From: Bugula neritina | Taxonomy: Eukaryota > Animalia > Bryozoa | NCBI GenBank assembly: GCA_964035545.1 | Contig: OZ037767.1 | Location: 14,946,998-15,010,997 of the forward strand | DNA length: 64,000 nucleotides | Direction: 5' to 3' | In this document: piece after piece, positions 63,176 to 64,000 of the stretch | How positions within the stretch are numbered: position 1 is the stretch's first letter | How the letters are laid out: every line of letters begins with the position of its first letter | The notes under the pieces: generated by a model | The model's input: the letters and a program-made list of their open reading frames with translations, nothing else | Told to the model about the DNA's origin: nothing | Database searches by the model: none | Program-made: the position numbers and the translations under genes

Positions 63176-64000
63176 ATTGTACTGTGATGGTGATTGAAGG
63201 ATCTGTTGGTAAACTCTGAGAGATGTATTCTTTGCTGTAAGAAGTCAAGAACTGAAGAGATCACCCAGAAGACCTCCATTATATATAGGTACTGATCACC
63301 TCAATAGGGCAATTATCTCTTGGAGTCAAATCCTTAAGAACTCAATCACAACACCAGAACCAGTAATTAGAGGTACTCAGAGTAACAAAGAAAACTCATC
63401 TCTCAGGTTGGTAGGATTAAGAAAGTGTTACAAACACCAGAACCTGTAATTAGGGGTATCAAAAGAAGCTCATCTGAAAAAAGAGTTACAAATTTGCTAG
63501 AGGTAATAACACACTATACTGAGATCACTGAGTTTTGGGGTAATTTAATAATTGTAAAGACACTACAAATGGACAAACCTTTTCCACTAACACTTTTTGA
63601 CTTGAGGTTTACTTTTATTTTAGCTGATCTAACAAATATTTCCTTTACCTCTAAAGATATTTTTATGAAATGTATATTTTTGCTAAAGCCTGCTATAATG
63701 TTTTAGCTGATAATCGGTTTTTGCATGGTATAAAATAACTTTTATATACCACCTTGATTTTTCAAATATATATCTTAAATAATGTTATATAACTTTAAAA
63801 CTTCATAAATATAATCACAATTAACCAGCCATAAGGGTAACTAGAGTTTGTTAGAGCTATGAATTTTACCAAAATCTTATTGATCATGCAGATAAAAACA
63901 TTTATATAACCAATACCAAAGCATTGATTTATAAAAAAAAATACTGAGTCTGGCCGTTCTCGAGCTAACACAAAAGTAATCAAATATACTTGTAAAAGTT

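Overview
AT-rich, intron-containing animal genomic DNA, most likely a marine invertebrate (a lophotrochozoan-like gene set; the species cannot be fixed from sequence alone). Reading splice sites by hand gives ten host protein genes: a secreted plant/fungal-type heme peroxidase (-, runs off the left edge), a divergent p24/TMED gene (-), MNAT1 (-), selenoprotein L (+), an intronless 397-aa orphan ORF with a PAM2-like motif (-), pyruvate kinase (-), a PRORSD1/ProXp-ala deacylase (-), WDR43/UTP5 (+), Ena/VASP (+) and a divergent CPEB1-like gene (-). The last PRORSD1 intron holds a 3.6-kb decayed PIF/Harbinger transposon inserted into a minisatellite. There are also four copies of a tRNA-derived SINE, a tRNA-like pseudogene, two MITEs and many intronic tandem arrays. 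The best leads are: (1) a selenoprotein L with an in-frame UGA-x-x-UGA (UxxU) motif, missed by the ORF track, served by a candidate SECIS with CC instead of the canonical AA; (2) a spliced, secreted non-animal-type peroxidase; (3) repeated tandem amplification of the genes' own splice sites or stop codon into minisatellites. All exon structures are manual predictions without transcript data.
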